Origin: Alloascoidea hylecoeti
Lineage: Eukaryota
DNA: 64,000 bases
Direction: 5' to 3'
Assembly (NCBI GenBank): GCA_001600815.1
Contig: BCKZ01000006.1
Location: 310,001 to 374,000, forward strand
A model generated the notes under the pieces. The model worked only from the letters and a program-made list of their open reading frames with translations. It was not told where the DNA came from and did no database searches. The translations under genes and the position numbers were made by a program. Shown piece after piece: positions 12,500-23,029 of this stretch (within the stretch, counting starts at the first letter, position 1; every line of letters begins with the position of its first letter).

Positions 12500-13055
12500 A
12501 ATGTTATATTATACTATATTATATTATATTATATTATATTTATTTATTTATTTATTTATTCATTCATTCAATTGCAACTAACCAATTATATATATATATA
12601 TTTACATAAAAGTCATTAACTAACTAATAACAAATAAAGAGGGAGAAAATAGTAGCTATAAGAACTGAACTAAAACTAAAACTAAAACTAAATTAAATAA
12701 ATTTTAAAATAAAAAAAAAAGATGCTTTGCTTTTTCTTAAGTTTTAAATTGTAAAGTAAAATTGTAAAATTGTAAAATTGTATAAAATTGTAAAATTGTA
12801 AAATTGTAAAATTGTAAAACTGTCAATTAAATATTAGTTGTTTATTTTGATTTTGATTTTAATTTTAATTTTAATTTTCAAAATTTGATATTGATTGATG
12901 AATTAAAAAAGAGCAATAATCTTCTTTATTGGTTAACTAATTAATACTGAATTTTTTTTCTTCTTTCTTTTTATTTCAGTTATTATATATATATATATAT
13001 ACAATTGAGGTTAAGATTATTATAATAATCAACTCAATTCAATTCAATTCAATGA
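12500..13055. repeat. Cluster of simple tandem repeats: (TATAT)n, (TTTA)n, (TTCA)n, (AACTA)n, (AATTGTAA)~7, (TTTTGA/TTTTAA)n, (AATTC)n
   Basis: Read directly; the 8-mer array is at about 12746-12822. Confidence 0.9.
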
Positions 13056-13079
13056 TAATAAAAATATTAATCAATAATA

Positions 13080-14081
13080 TTAATTCATAAGCTGTGAAAT
13101 TCTAATTCTTTTTGAGGATTGTTCAACATTTGTGTTTGAAGTACAAGAATTTGATAAATTTAAATGTAAATGATTTTGGTAATGATCAACATTACTATTA
13201 GTGGAATTATCTATTATATTATCAAAGGAACGTTTAAACGAGATTCCATTCGGTGGGTGATTTGGAAGGTTGGATCTCCTGTTAAAATTAAACAGGGATT
13301 TTAGATGTCGATGAGAAGATGAACGAGATGTTGGAGGAGATGGCGAGGGAGACGACGACGGAGACGAAGACGAAGACGAAGACGAAGACGAAGACTTAAC
13401 CCGACTGAATAGAGAATCAAGAGCTTTTGGAAAAACACAGCCCTTCCGAATATTCAAGACTATGTACTCCCATTTCTTCCGCTGCAAATAGTTTGGCATT
13501 GCGGAGGCAGACTCCAGGAAAAGAGAAGTCCACTTGTCGTATACTTCAGGGGACACATGCAGTTTATAATCCAGGGCTTTCAAGAATTGGATTTCATAGG
13601 AGTTAATATCCGAGATGGAGAGACCGGAAATCTTCGACCAGGAGCGAGAAGAGAAGGTGCGGTCCTGCAGGTACTTCGAGGCGAGGATGAGGGCCGTTAG
13701 GAACGATCTCCTGCAGCAGCCGAAAACCCCGGACTCGTTGTTCCAGACGTGGGACTTGATGAGGGTCAGGTAGTAGAGGGTGACCTGCAGGGTGGAGTAG
13801 GAGGTCCTGGAGCGCCGCAGGGTCTCCCTGATGAACCACGTCAGCGAGGAGTTCTTGTAGTTGGGGGAGTACTGCCAGATTGTATCAAGCAAAACCTCGG
13901 CGGACCTGACCAGGCCGTTGACCAGGCCGTCGGAGGGGACGGACTTGTGGGCGGGCGGGGACGGCGGCAGGGAGTCGTCCGGAGAGGTGTCGGTGGAGGC
14001 TGAGCCTGAGCCCGCGGAGAACACGGAGGACGCCGAGGACAGAGAGACAGCCGAGGAAGTTGATGAGTACAAGTCTGACAT
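13080..14081 (-). CDS. PCL5: Pho85-type cyclin, Pcl5/Clg1 subfamily
   Basis: FIRETLRRSRTSYSTLQVTLYYL and CCRRSFLTALILASKYLQDRTFSSRSWSKISGL...EIQFLKALDYKLHV cyclin box; Gcn4-type site just upstream. Confidence 0.8.
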   Translation of the reverse strand: MSDLYSSTSSAVSLSSASSVFSAGSGSASTDTSPDDSLPPSPPAHKSVPSDGLVNGLVRSAEVLLDTIWQYSPNYKNSSLTWFIRETLRRSRTSYSTLQVTLYYLTLIKSHVWNNESGVFGCCRRSFLTALILASKYLQDRTFSSRSWSKISGLSISDINSYEIQFLKALDYKLHVSPEVYDKWTSLFLESASAMPNYLQRKKWEYIVLNIRKGCVFPKALDSLFSRVKSSSSSSSSSSSPSSSPSPSPPTSRSSSHRHLKSLFNFNRRSNLPNHPPNGISFKRSFDNIIDNSTNSNVDHYQNHLHLNLSNSCTSNTNVEQSSKRIRISQLMN

Positions 14082-14147
14082 TGTTAACTACGGAAAGGAG
14101 GAAAACAGGATTTGGCGCTGTTTTAATATCACTACTTAACTATGAGA

Positions 14148-14154
14148 TGACTCA
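14148..14154. promoter_or_regulatory. Gcn4/AP-1 site TGACTCA about 67 bp upstream of the PCL5 ATG
   Basis: ATGACTCAA in the 84-bp intergenic gap; PCL5 is a known Gcn4 target in S. cerevisiae and C. albicans. Confidence 0.6.
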
Positions 14155-14165
14155 ATGCGGCCCAC

Positions 14166-15864
14166 TCATGCATAGAAACAGCCGTCATCCCTGAACCCCC
14201 CCTCGACATGCGTGGTCACCCATCCCTCGCGCTCCCTCGCTGCGTCCGCCATAACAACGCTTTCGGCCACGCTGTACCCCCTGACGTTCAGCACTCCCCT
14301 TCGGGGGTCGTCGCCGTCGCTTAGGGCCAGTTTCATTTCCAAACAAGGCATGGCCGTCCCAAAGCGTCGCGTTGCATCATGCACCCCCAGCACCCGGTAG
14401 TCGTACAGGCTGGTCTGGCACACGGGACCTGCCACTTGGGCCATTTCGCTCTGTGCCACCACTCTCGCCCCCGTCAGCACCTTGAGCTCGGCCATCTCGT
14501 ACGTCGACAGATGACCGCCACTCTCGCTCACGCGGGAGCCCGCGAAGATCAGCCGGACCTGCCCAAACCCAGACGCCACCCCGCCCCCTGGCCAGATGCC
14601 GTTCGTGAGCCACGCCAGAGACCGCTGGAACCGCCATGTGCCCAGCACACCCAGCTCCTGTTTTAGAGCCAGCACGTGTCGCTTCAGCACCTGTTCCGGA
14701 ACGTACAGCACCGTGGCTTGTTGCAAGAGCCCAACGCTCACCGCCGCTTCGCCCACCACAACGGCCGTCCCCCCTACAACCACAAATTAGTGTCTCAATT
14801 AATACCAGCTGTGCCAGAAAAATAACTTACCCGTAGTCAACGCTGCGAAGATGTAGATCCACACGTTCAGTTGGGACAAACTGCCAACAACCAAAGTCCT
14901 GTCCTTGCTGGAGATCTCGTATATTTCCGGTAGTGACTTGATGACTGATGCAACCCCAGCAGCAATGTTCTTCACATACGTTAGTCATTGCTTTCAATAT
15001 TAATCACTCCAATTCAATATTGACACTTACTCTCACCGAATATCTCATGTTTTCCTTGTTGTCATCGCAAACGGAAAAGACAGCACCTTTGTCGTATTTG
15101 GCATCATAATCATAATCAAATTTGCAATTTTCCACTTGTTCAATATATTTTCCAATCTCCTTTTCCCAACTCAATCCTTCCAGATCTGTCTCCCCTGCAT
15201 CTCTTTCTCCAACTGTTATAACCGTTTTACCTTTCGCCTCGACTTTTAAAAAGTTGGGGATAACAATTATATCTGCTGTAATATCTGCAAGTGTTCTTGA
15301 TTCTGTACTATTAAGCAGATGAACTGTAATTCCGTTAACTATACATGCCATTACCGTTATGAAAAATTCTTTACAATTAGGTAACCAAATCGCAACCGTT
15401 TGAACTTCTGGTTCAATTTTAATCAATCTTTTATAAACTTCTTGAACAACTCCATTTATTTTGGCTAAATCTTGTCAATACCATCATCATCATCATCATC
15501 ATCATCATATTAATAAGCATAAAATTAAATACTTACAAATATCAATCTCGATGGGCTTATCCTTATCCCAAATAATCACTTTCGCACCATTATTCTCCCC
15601 CAATTTCCAAATATCGGAAATATTTCCATCCCTTGTCCTATAACCATGTCTAATCTCCAATCCACTTTTTAAATTCATAACATTTCCAACAATTGAACTT
15701 CTATAAGTTGCTGATTCTCCAACTTTTCTTGTTGACCCAATTGATGATTGATATTGTAATGAAACTTCATTAACATCTTTTGACGTATTTTCTCGAATAT
15801 ATGAATATAATAAAATAATCAAAAGAATTCCAATAAGAATTTCTGTTCCACCAAATTCTGTCAT
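14166..15864 (-). CDS. Membrane-anchored AMP-binding/acyl-CoA-synthetase-like protein, 4 exons
   Basis: Exons 15864-15537, 15464-15031, 14969-14831 and 14773-14166 join in frame via GTAAGT donors. N-terminal TM plus STRKVGESATYRS...LKSGL, VAIWLPNCKEF, and QVAGPVCQTSLYDYR...FG...CLEMKL motifs of a fungal AMP-binding-like family. Confidence 0.7.
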
Positions 15865-16099
15865 CTTTTTAATTTTCAATTGTCAATTGCTAACGTTTGA
15901 TTTGAAAGTATATAATTCTATTAGCAGATCACACTCCAAATATATCCGTGCGCACATCCGTACATCTAATTAAGTTACCCGGTATACCCAATCCCAATTC
16001 TTTTTTATACTTCCACTTTTCATTTTATCCTTCAAATTTGTTGCGTTCATAAAACATATATATACATACACATAATATCATACAAGTTTGATAAACAAT

Positions 16100-17200
16100 A
16101 TGCTTTCTAGAGGTTTATCAGGAATTCCATTATCCAATTATAAATCTTCAATTTCACCAATTATTAAGATTTGTAATGGGAAATTGGTGGCAATTTCAAC
16201 GATTAATATGAATTCTAATACAAGAAGATTTTATAATTCTGGTACTCCATCATCTTTAAATTATTTTCAAAAAAAACAACTTCCAACAAATACAATAATT
16301 CGTTTTGTACCACAACAAACAGCATGGGTTGTTGAAAGAATGGGGAAATTTCATTCAATTTTAAAACCAGGTTTAGCAATATTAATTCCATTTTTAGATA
16401 AAATTCAATATGTTAAATCATTAAAAGAATCTGCTTTAGAAATCCCTAGTCAATCTGCTATAACTGCTGATAATGTAACTTTAGAAATGGATGGTGTTTT
16501 ATATATTAAAGTTATTGATGCTTATAAAGCAAGTTATGGAGTTGAAGATGCTGAATATGCTGTTTCTCAATTAGCTCAAACTACAATGAGGAGTGAAATT
16601 GGTCAATTAACTCTAGATCATGTATTAAGAGAAAGACAATCTTTAAATTTAAATATTTCTCAAGCTATTAATGAAGCAGCTTTAGATTGGGGTATTAAAT
16701 GTTTAAGATATGAAATTAGAGATATTCATCCACCAACAAATGTTTTAGAAGCAATGCATAGACAAGTATCTGCTGAAAGATCAAAAAGAGCTGAAATTTT
16801 AGAAAGTGAAGGTCATAGACAATCTGCTATAAATATTGCTGAAGGTGAAAAAGAATCAAAAATTTTATCATCTGAAGCTCAAAAATTAGAAAATATTAAT
16901 TTTGCAAGTGGTGAATCTGAAGCAATTTTATTAAAATCAAAAGCAATTTCAGAAGGTTTAAAACAAATTGCAAAAGCAATTAATGAAACTCCTGGTGGTA
17001 AAGATGCTGTTTCTTTACAAATTGCTGAAAAATATGTTGATGCTTTTGGAAAATTGGCAAAGGAATCAAATTCAATTATAGTTCCTGCTGGTCTTGGTGA
17101 TATGGGTGGAATGATTGCAAGTGCTATGGGTATTTATGGAAAAGTTAATGAATCTACAAAATCACAATCACAGGAAACTACAACGGAAAAAAAATTATAA
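16100..17200 (+). CDS. Mitochondrial stomatin-like protein (SPFH/Band-7, SLP-2 type)
   Basis: VPQQTAWVVERMGKF, AITADNVTLEMDGVLY, QLAQTTMRSEIG, AERSKRAEILESEG; first ATG at 16100. Confidence 0.92.
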   Translation: MLSRGLSGIPLSNYKSSISPIIKICNGKLVAISTINMNSNTRRFYNSGTPSSLNYFQKKQLPTNTIIRFVPQQTAWVVERMGKFHSILKPGLAILIPFLDKIQYVKSLKESALEIPSQSAITADNVTLEMDGVLYIKVIDAYKASYGVEDAEYAVSQLAQTTMRSEIGQLTLDHVLRERQSLNLNISQAINEAALDWGIKCLRYEIRDIHPPTNVLEAMHRQVSAERSKRAEILESEGHRQSAINIAEGEKESKILSSEAQKLENINFASGESEAILLKSKAISEGLKQIAKAINETPGGKDAVSLQIAEKYVDAFGKLAKESNSIIVPAGLGDMGGMIASAMGIYGKVNESTKSQSQETTTEKKL

Positions 17201-18857
17201 AAATAAAATCATAAATCATAAATCAATTATAACTCTTATTTAATTTTGAGAATACATTTATATATAAATAATGAAACTTGTTTTTTATTTTTATTTTTTT
17301 TCAATTAATATTATTTTTGCTTTTTTTTTCCTGCTTTTTGTTTCATTGTAACAAAAAAAAAAAAAAATTAAAATTGTTTATTACATATTGTATATAAAAT
17401 AACTAATAAACCACCATTCCAGAACTAAGTTATTTAATTGAATAGAAATCATATTGTCATATTTTATTCACAAAATAAGAGAGACCTGTGAAAATTAATT
17501 ACCATAGTGTGTATGCCCTATACTGAAAATGAACTTTTAGGAAAATCAAATTACCCATTGCGGATAATCTGGCCACAACACCAACATCACTTCAATTATA
17601 TATTAAAGAATACAAAGGGTGGTATATTAATGGCAAATCTAAATCTTCTTTTTTTAAACTAATTTTTTCACTTCTCCATCAAATGTTTTGTCGTTATTTG
17701 TTCATTATGTAGACCTCCAAGTCATTGTATATAATTAGATGCATATTGGCAATATAAATTACCGTATATAGAGACATGCATGCATCTGCACATTGGGATA
17801 ATTCCGTATCGCGTAATCCTTATACAGTTACATTCATATTCCTATGCATACGTGCATAGTAGAGCGCGAGAAAAACGTTAACGTCGTTCATTTTCAGTGG
17901 CGCGCACCATGCATAAGCCTTATAAGATCTTGTATTCAAGTTTCCGGTTAATTTTGACAACTGGATTAAACAGTGTTGTAGAGACCTGTTCATCAGTGAA
18001 ACTATGAAATATAGGATATTTGGTAAAATATAAAGCATACGTTTTAGTGTTATACATTCAGAAATATTGTTACAACATTCGTACACCACCACCTCTTGGA
18101 AATAAATTAATATATATTTAGTCACAGATCACAAGAATTATTTTACAGTATAGGTAGGAAAATCAAAGAAAATAAGGGTCCAGATCTTCTCTATCTAAAT
18201 ATATAATTTACAGCGAAGGATGAATATTTGCCCCACAATCTGTCATATGGTCATCACAATTTTTCAATAGTTCATTCTCCACATATATTTGGCTTTAAAG
18301 TTATATTATTATGGTGTAAATTTCACTCTATACAGTTGAGAGACCTTCTAGTGTGTTATTGGAGTTAATTTATCTCTTTTGTTTTTGGTTTCCCCATACT
18401 TTTACAAAGTCTGGTGCATTTTTACCGACTCAGATGCGTTCTACATCAATTCAATTCAAACCACAACATGAAAATTCTCCCGTCTCTGAAAATTTTCCCC
18501 GAGATTTTATCGAGCTGAGACAAGTTTCTTCATTGTATCTGGGTGCCGTAGGTTGATATTTTCTGAAACCTCAAGACAGGAGAGCCCAAAATCGTCTCTC
18601 AATGACTCTTCTCCTTTTAGCGTCACTTCTTCTCGGGTTTGACTTACCCATCAGGAATCTTTTTAAAGTTTCTATATAGTTAAAATTAAACTTACATAAT
18701 TAAGTTAACAAACCATAACCATTTCAATCCAATATGTTTGAATTTATTATAATGGCTTGAATGATATGTTTTATTGTTATTTGATGTTCCATGAAATTCA
18801 GAATTATCATTATATATAAATTTTTATCGCTATTTACATTTATTAAATAATTTGTAA

Positions 18858-20482
18858 TCATTTTTCCATATTGCCAGTGTTAATCTTATCACCAAAAACA
18901 ACAGCAACTTCTTCTAACGTATAACCTCTAGTTTCAGGAAACACAAAATATACAACCCCGATTTCCACTGCTAACCAACAAGTCCATACAATATAATATT
19001 TCCAAGAAATGGCATCCATCGCAACTGGATTCACAAACCCAGAAAAAATCATGGCCACATATTGAAACATTGTAAAAATATTTATTCCTTTAGAACGAAG
19101 TGAAAACGGAAGAATTTCACTTATATACAAAAATGGCAATCCACATAACCCACTATCATAAGCAAAGTAATATAAAAAAATCATTGCAAGAACACCTTGC
19201 CCTAGTTTTTCATCCTCGAAATTCCGTTGTTCATTGATTGCAGATAAAACTGTCCAAATCAAATAGCATATAAGCATGAAGATTGTACTAAATAAAAACA
19301 TGACCCTTCGTCCAACACGATTAACAAAAAACGGAGCAATCACCGCTACCCCTTGATTATAAATCATAAGGGCACCATTGATAATCAATTGTCTAGGTGC
19401 AGATGTAATACCAATACTATTTAGGACCTTATTCAAATAATAACTGACCAAACTATTACCAGAAAGTTGCATTAATACAGGCAAGAAGCAACAAATTGAC
19501 AAACGAAGTCTATTGCCTTTAGTAACAAAGAAAGTCTTATAGCTGGTTCCACTATGACTATTTTCAAATTCAATAGCACTTGAAATTTCGGCCAATTGAA
19601 AATCAATAAATACACCGCACCGATTCTCATCATTACCACCATGCCACTTCATTAACATTTTTCTGGCCTCATTAACTCTACCTTTCGATACTAGGAATCT
19701 AGGGCTCTCTGGAATAAACTTTATAAAAATTAATTGGAAAACAACAAAGGTTCCTTGTAAAATACTAAGAGCTCTCCAAGACCAGGAGGTATCACCTAAA
19801 AAGTAACAACCATATGTAGCCCAAGAAGCAAGAATAGCACCAGAGTACCATAGTGAATTATAACAAGTTGTTGCTATTTCCCTATGAGTTGGATAAGCAA
19901 TTTCTGTTAGTAATGGAATAGAAGCTATACTAGCCAGTGTGGCGCCAGCACCTATCACAATTCTACCAACTATGAAACAGGCATAACCGTTTGCGGCAGA
20001 TTGAATAACAATCCCACAGATCATGATAATATCACCAATGGTTATACATATTTTTCTACCATATGTATCTGATAACCAAGGAGCAAACCAAAACACAATG
20101 AAATATCCAAATGACATTCCTTTATATAACCACAATTGTTAGTATTAATATTATACGGTCAAATATTTCAATTGATATATAAGTTATATAACTCACCATT
20201 ACTCATTGCGCCTAAAACAGCTCCTTGGGGACTTCCCATATCACGCGACCATTTAGGTACTGCTTGTAAACCATTCAACATTGAGGCATCATAACCACTT
20301 GTCGTTGAACTGAGAATGATCACTAATACAGCAAGATTTAATTTGAAAAGATGTGGAACGTGAATCCATGACTTTTCATAATTTGGTACTAAATCGAGTA
20401 ATGATGGTTGATTCTCATCATTTGAAGAGGTTAATTTTTCTGACGCTGGATTTGATTCAAGCGATTCATTCGAATCTCTCAT
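18858..20482 (-). CDS. MFS sugar porter, Lac12/cellodextrin-transporter-like; intron 20120-20196
   Basis: GYDASMLNGLQ, SDTYGRK, EIAYPTHR, PESPRFL, QLSGNSLVSYYL, PETRGYTLEE motifs. The GTGAGT...TACTAAC...AAG intron joins the two ORFs in frame (N-G-M-S-F-G). Confidence 0.9.
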
Positions 20483-22502
20483 TCTTTTTATTGATTGTAA
20501 CTTGAAGAATTTAAAACTATAAGTTATACAAACCAAAAATTTAAGGATATTGCTATTTATATTTATATATAACTTCAGCTATAACTTATACTTATCGGTT
20601 AAGTGAGACTTCCGAAATACAGTTTAACTTTGCTTATAGGTACCATTATAATTCATTATGTACAGCGGCATTAATGGATTTTAGCAGTAAATTTAAAGGT
20701 TGGATCATTCTAGATAGTTAAATTGACTATATCTGACTTACTCCACTAGTTAACGCTATAGCTATATGAAAATACCAGAGGTTTTCAATTCCAATCAGCA
20801 AAAGTATGCTCACCAAATTCAAACGAGCTCTAGACTTCTTTTATATGATGGAGTGGAAGTAGAAGATGTTGGATATCTAAAGATTCTAAGCTGTACGGCA
20901 TCGCAAGGACGGAGCAAGCTTAAGGTTCAGGTTACGGGAACATTGTTCAATCGGTAAGTCTAGAGAGTCTACTAGGGATCCTAGATGTGGGGTGGAATAA
21001 TCTCAACCTTGTTCAAGTACTGCCAACAATGATGTTGATACTCGGGGTTATAGTTTCACCATCTCTCCTCAGGCTGCAGGTAATTTCCAACAACATGGAT
21101 AAAGCTAACTAATTTATTGCGAGCTTAAAAAACTCTAAAGTGGTTTATAACCATAAACCCTTCTCATAAAACTGGGGGAAATATTAATAGAACTTGCAAT
21201 ATTAATAATTGGTCCCTTTATTAATCGTGTATTGTTATAATTAATGTTAATTATAATTTGTAACAAATTAATAATAATAAAACAGAAATAATAAGTTTCA
21301 ATTCTCTCTCCTCTTTTATATAATCGAATCTTTCCTATATACTATTTCTATTCTCTAAACATATGAATGTACCTGTCTAGTATTGTAAGCTGTGACTAAC
21401 GCAAATAAAACTGATGGCTACCCAACACCAAAAAAAAATATGTTATAAAACACCACTATAAATGTTGTATGATGATCATATTACATTAAATAATGTAACA
21501 GTATTTAAATTTTATTGCTGCTCGACTCACAGGGTTTGCTTAGGCTACTCCTCTAAAAGAAAAAAGAGACGACAAGCACAACTTGTGATAATAATATGGG
21601 ATAGATACATGTTGAATTTTTAAATTCTCCGATAAAGGTAAAGGTTTTACAATGCCTAGATTGAAATGACCGTCTCCTTGACAGTTCTATAGCTCTAGAT
21701 AATAGAATATATAAGCCCTACAATCAATTTCCACGTTCCTGATATATCTTAGTCATAAATTGTAAAATGAAGAGTCCGTATACTTGAACACTGTACAAGC
21801 AACGATCTTTCTCTTGTTTTTTCTTATAATTAATATTGTTTTTATCTTTCTTTAATAGATTTGGTTATTAAGATATGTATAAGGCCCTTCACATCTGAAT
21901 TAACTCCGAAAGATGGCCCATTTAAATTTTCCATTGAATTGAGCACTTTTCATATCTTTGACACATCTCTTAAGTAGCGTCAAATCGCCTCCGATAGGAC
22001 CCAAACATATGCAACAGATGAGCAGCCTTCTCATTAGAACTCGAATATTCTTCCACAAAATTTACCAACCACTAAATATCTTGTTTATTAGCATCTTTAG
22101 TGAGACCTTCCTATGCAATAGACGTATTTCCAATCGATTTAGTTACCATATGTTATTTCTGTAATTGCACTTAACCTCTTCTGAATTGAATTAGTAGTGA
22201 TATATGTAACCAGGAAGTATGTCCTTGGAGGTCAATCGCTGCACTTTTCATAAACTTCTAAGAAATTGGCCGTCTGGTCATGGAATTTCTAAACAGGCCG
22301 ACAGAAAATTTCCCTGCATTTCCTGTGTAACTGGAAGGTACTCCTTATAACGATTTTTCCCTGCGGAGCGAATTAAGAAATAAGGGTTATTACAGAAAGC
22401 GACACCAGTGTCACAAAACCCCCAAAAGAACTCTACTAATTATAGGTATATTTAGATATTAAAATTCCCCCATCTATCTCATTTAATAGTTGTGGTGGTG
22501 TG

Positions 22503-22871
22503 CCTGGATATCTTTTCCTCTTTAATTCCAGTGTCTATTAACGGACGGAGTCTCACTTTACGTAAGACAACAGTGTGGTAGCTCAGACTTAGGATCCCAA
22601 GAACTGCCTACTAAAACCCCAGATGTTCCCACTGTAAGGCTTAAGCGGGTCTAGTTTTTTTAAATTTTCTTATATATATTTTCCAATTAAATTATCTAGT
22701 GATGGCTTTTTTTTTTTTTTTTTAACTTTACATATAATTTCCGATTAAAATATCTAATTAATTGAAATATTCTAACTAAAAATTATTAAATTGAGGAAAT
22801 CACACCAAGATTATAAAACTTCCTCTTCTCCGATAATAGACACTGGAATTAAAGAGGAAAAGATATCCAGG
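22503..22871. repeat. Perfect 38-bp inverted repeat (22503-22540 / 22834-22871) around a 293-bp spacer; MITE-like
   Basis: CCTGGATATCTTTTCCTCTTTAATTCCAGTGTCTATTA and its exact reverse complement; no clear target-site duplication. Confidence 0.9.
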
Positions 22872-22933
22872 ATGGCTTCAAAATATGGCTATATTAATGT
22901 CTATCATATATAATCATCTAATATTAAAAATTG

Positions 22934-23029
22934 GTCCCGGTGGCCGAGTGGTTAAGGCGATGCCCTGCTATTATCTAGTAGTTGAGGCATTGGGCTATGC
23001 CTGCGCAAGTTCGAATCTTGTCCGTGACG
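22934..23029 (+). tRNA. tRNA-Ser(GCT) with 14-nt intron (22971-22984)
   Basis: GTCCCGGTGGCCGAGTGGTTAAGGCGATGCC-CT-GCT-A[intron]AGGCAT, long variable arm GGGCTATGCCT, GTTCGAATC, discriminator G, T-run terminator. Confidence 0.95.

Noticed and set aside
12746..12822. (AATTGTAA)n array as an interstitial telomere repeat or CRISPR-like array
   Set aside because: No G-rich strand and no spacers; eukaryotic microsatellite context.
13320..14790. GC-rich island as horizontal transfer
   Set aside because: Gradual edges fall inside two fungal genes with native introns; no insertion signatures.
15461..15643. Poly-His ORF
   Set aside because: It is a (CAT)n microsatellite inside intron 1 of the minus-strand gene.
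18440..18651. Minus-strand MGKSNPRRSDAKRRRVIE...KFSETG resembling a Tc1 transposase N-terminus
   Set aside because: Resemblance is weak, with no DDE domain or TIRs; would need a BLASTx hit.
20596..20614. CGG...CCG upstream of the Lac12-like transporter as a Gal4/Lac9 site
   Set aside because: Spacing is N13, not the N11 required.
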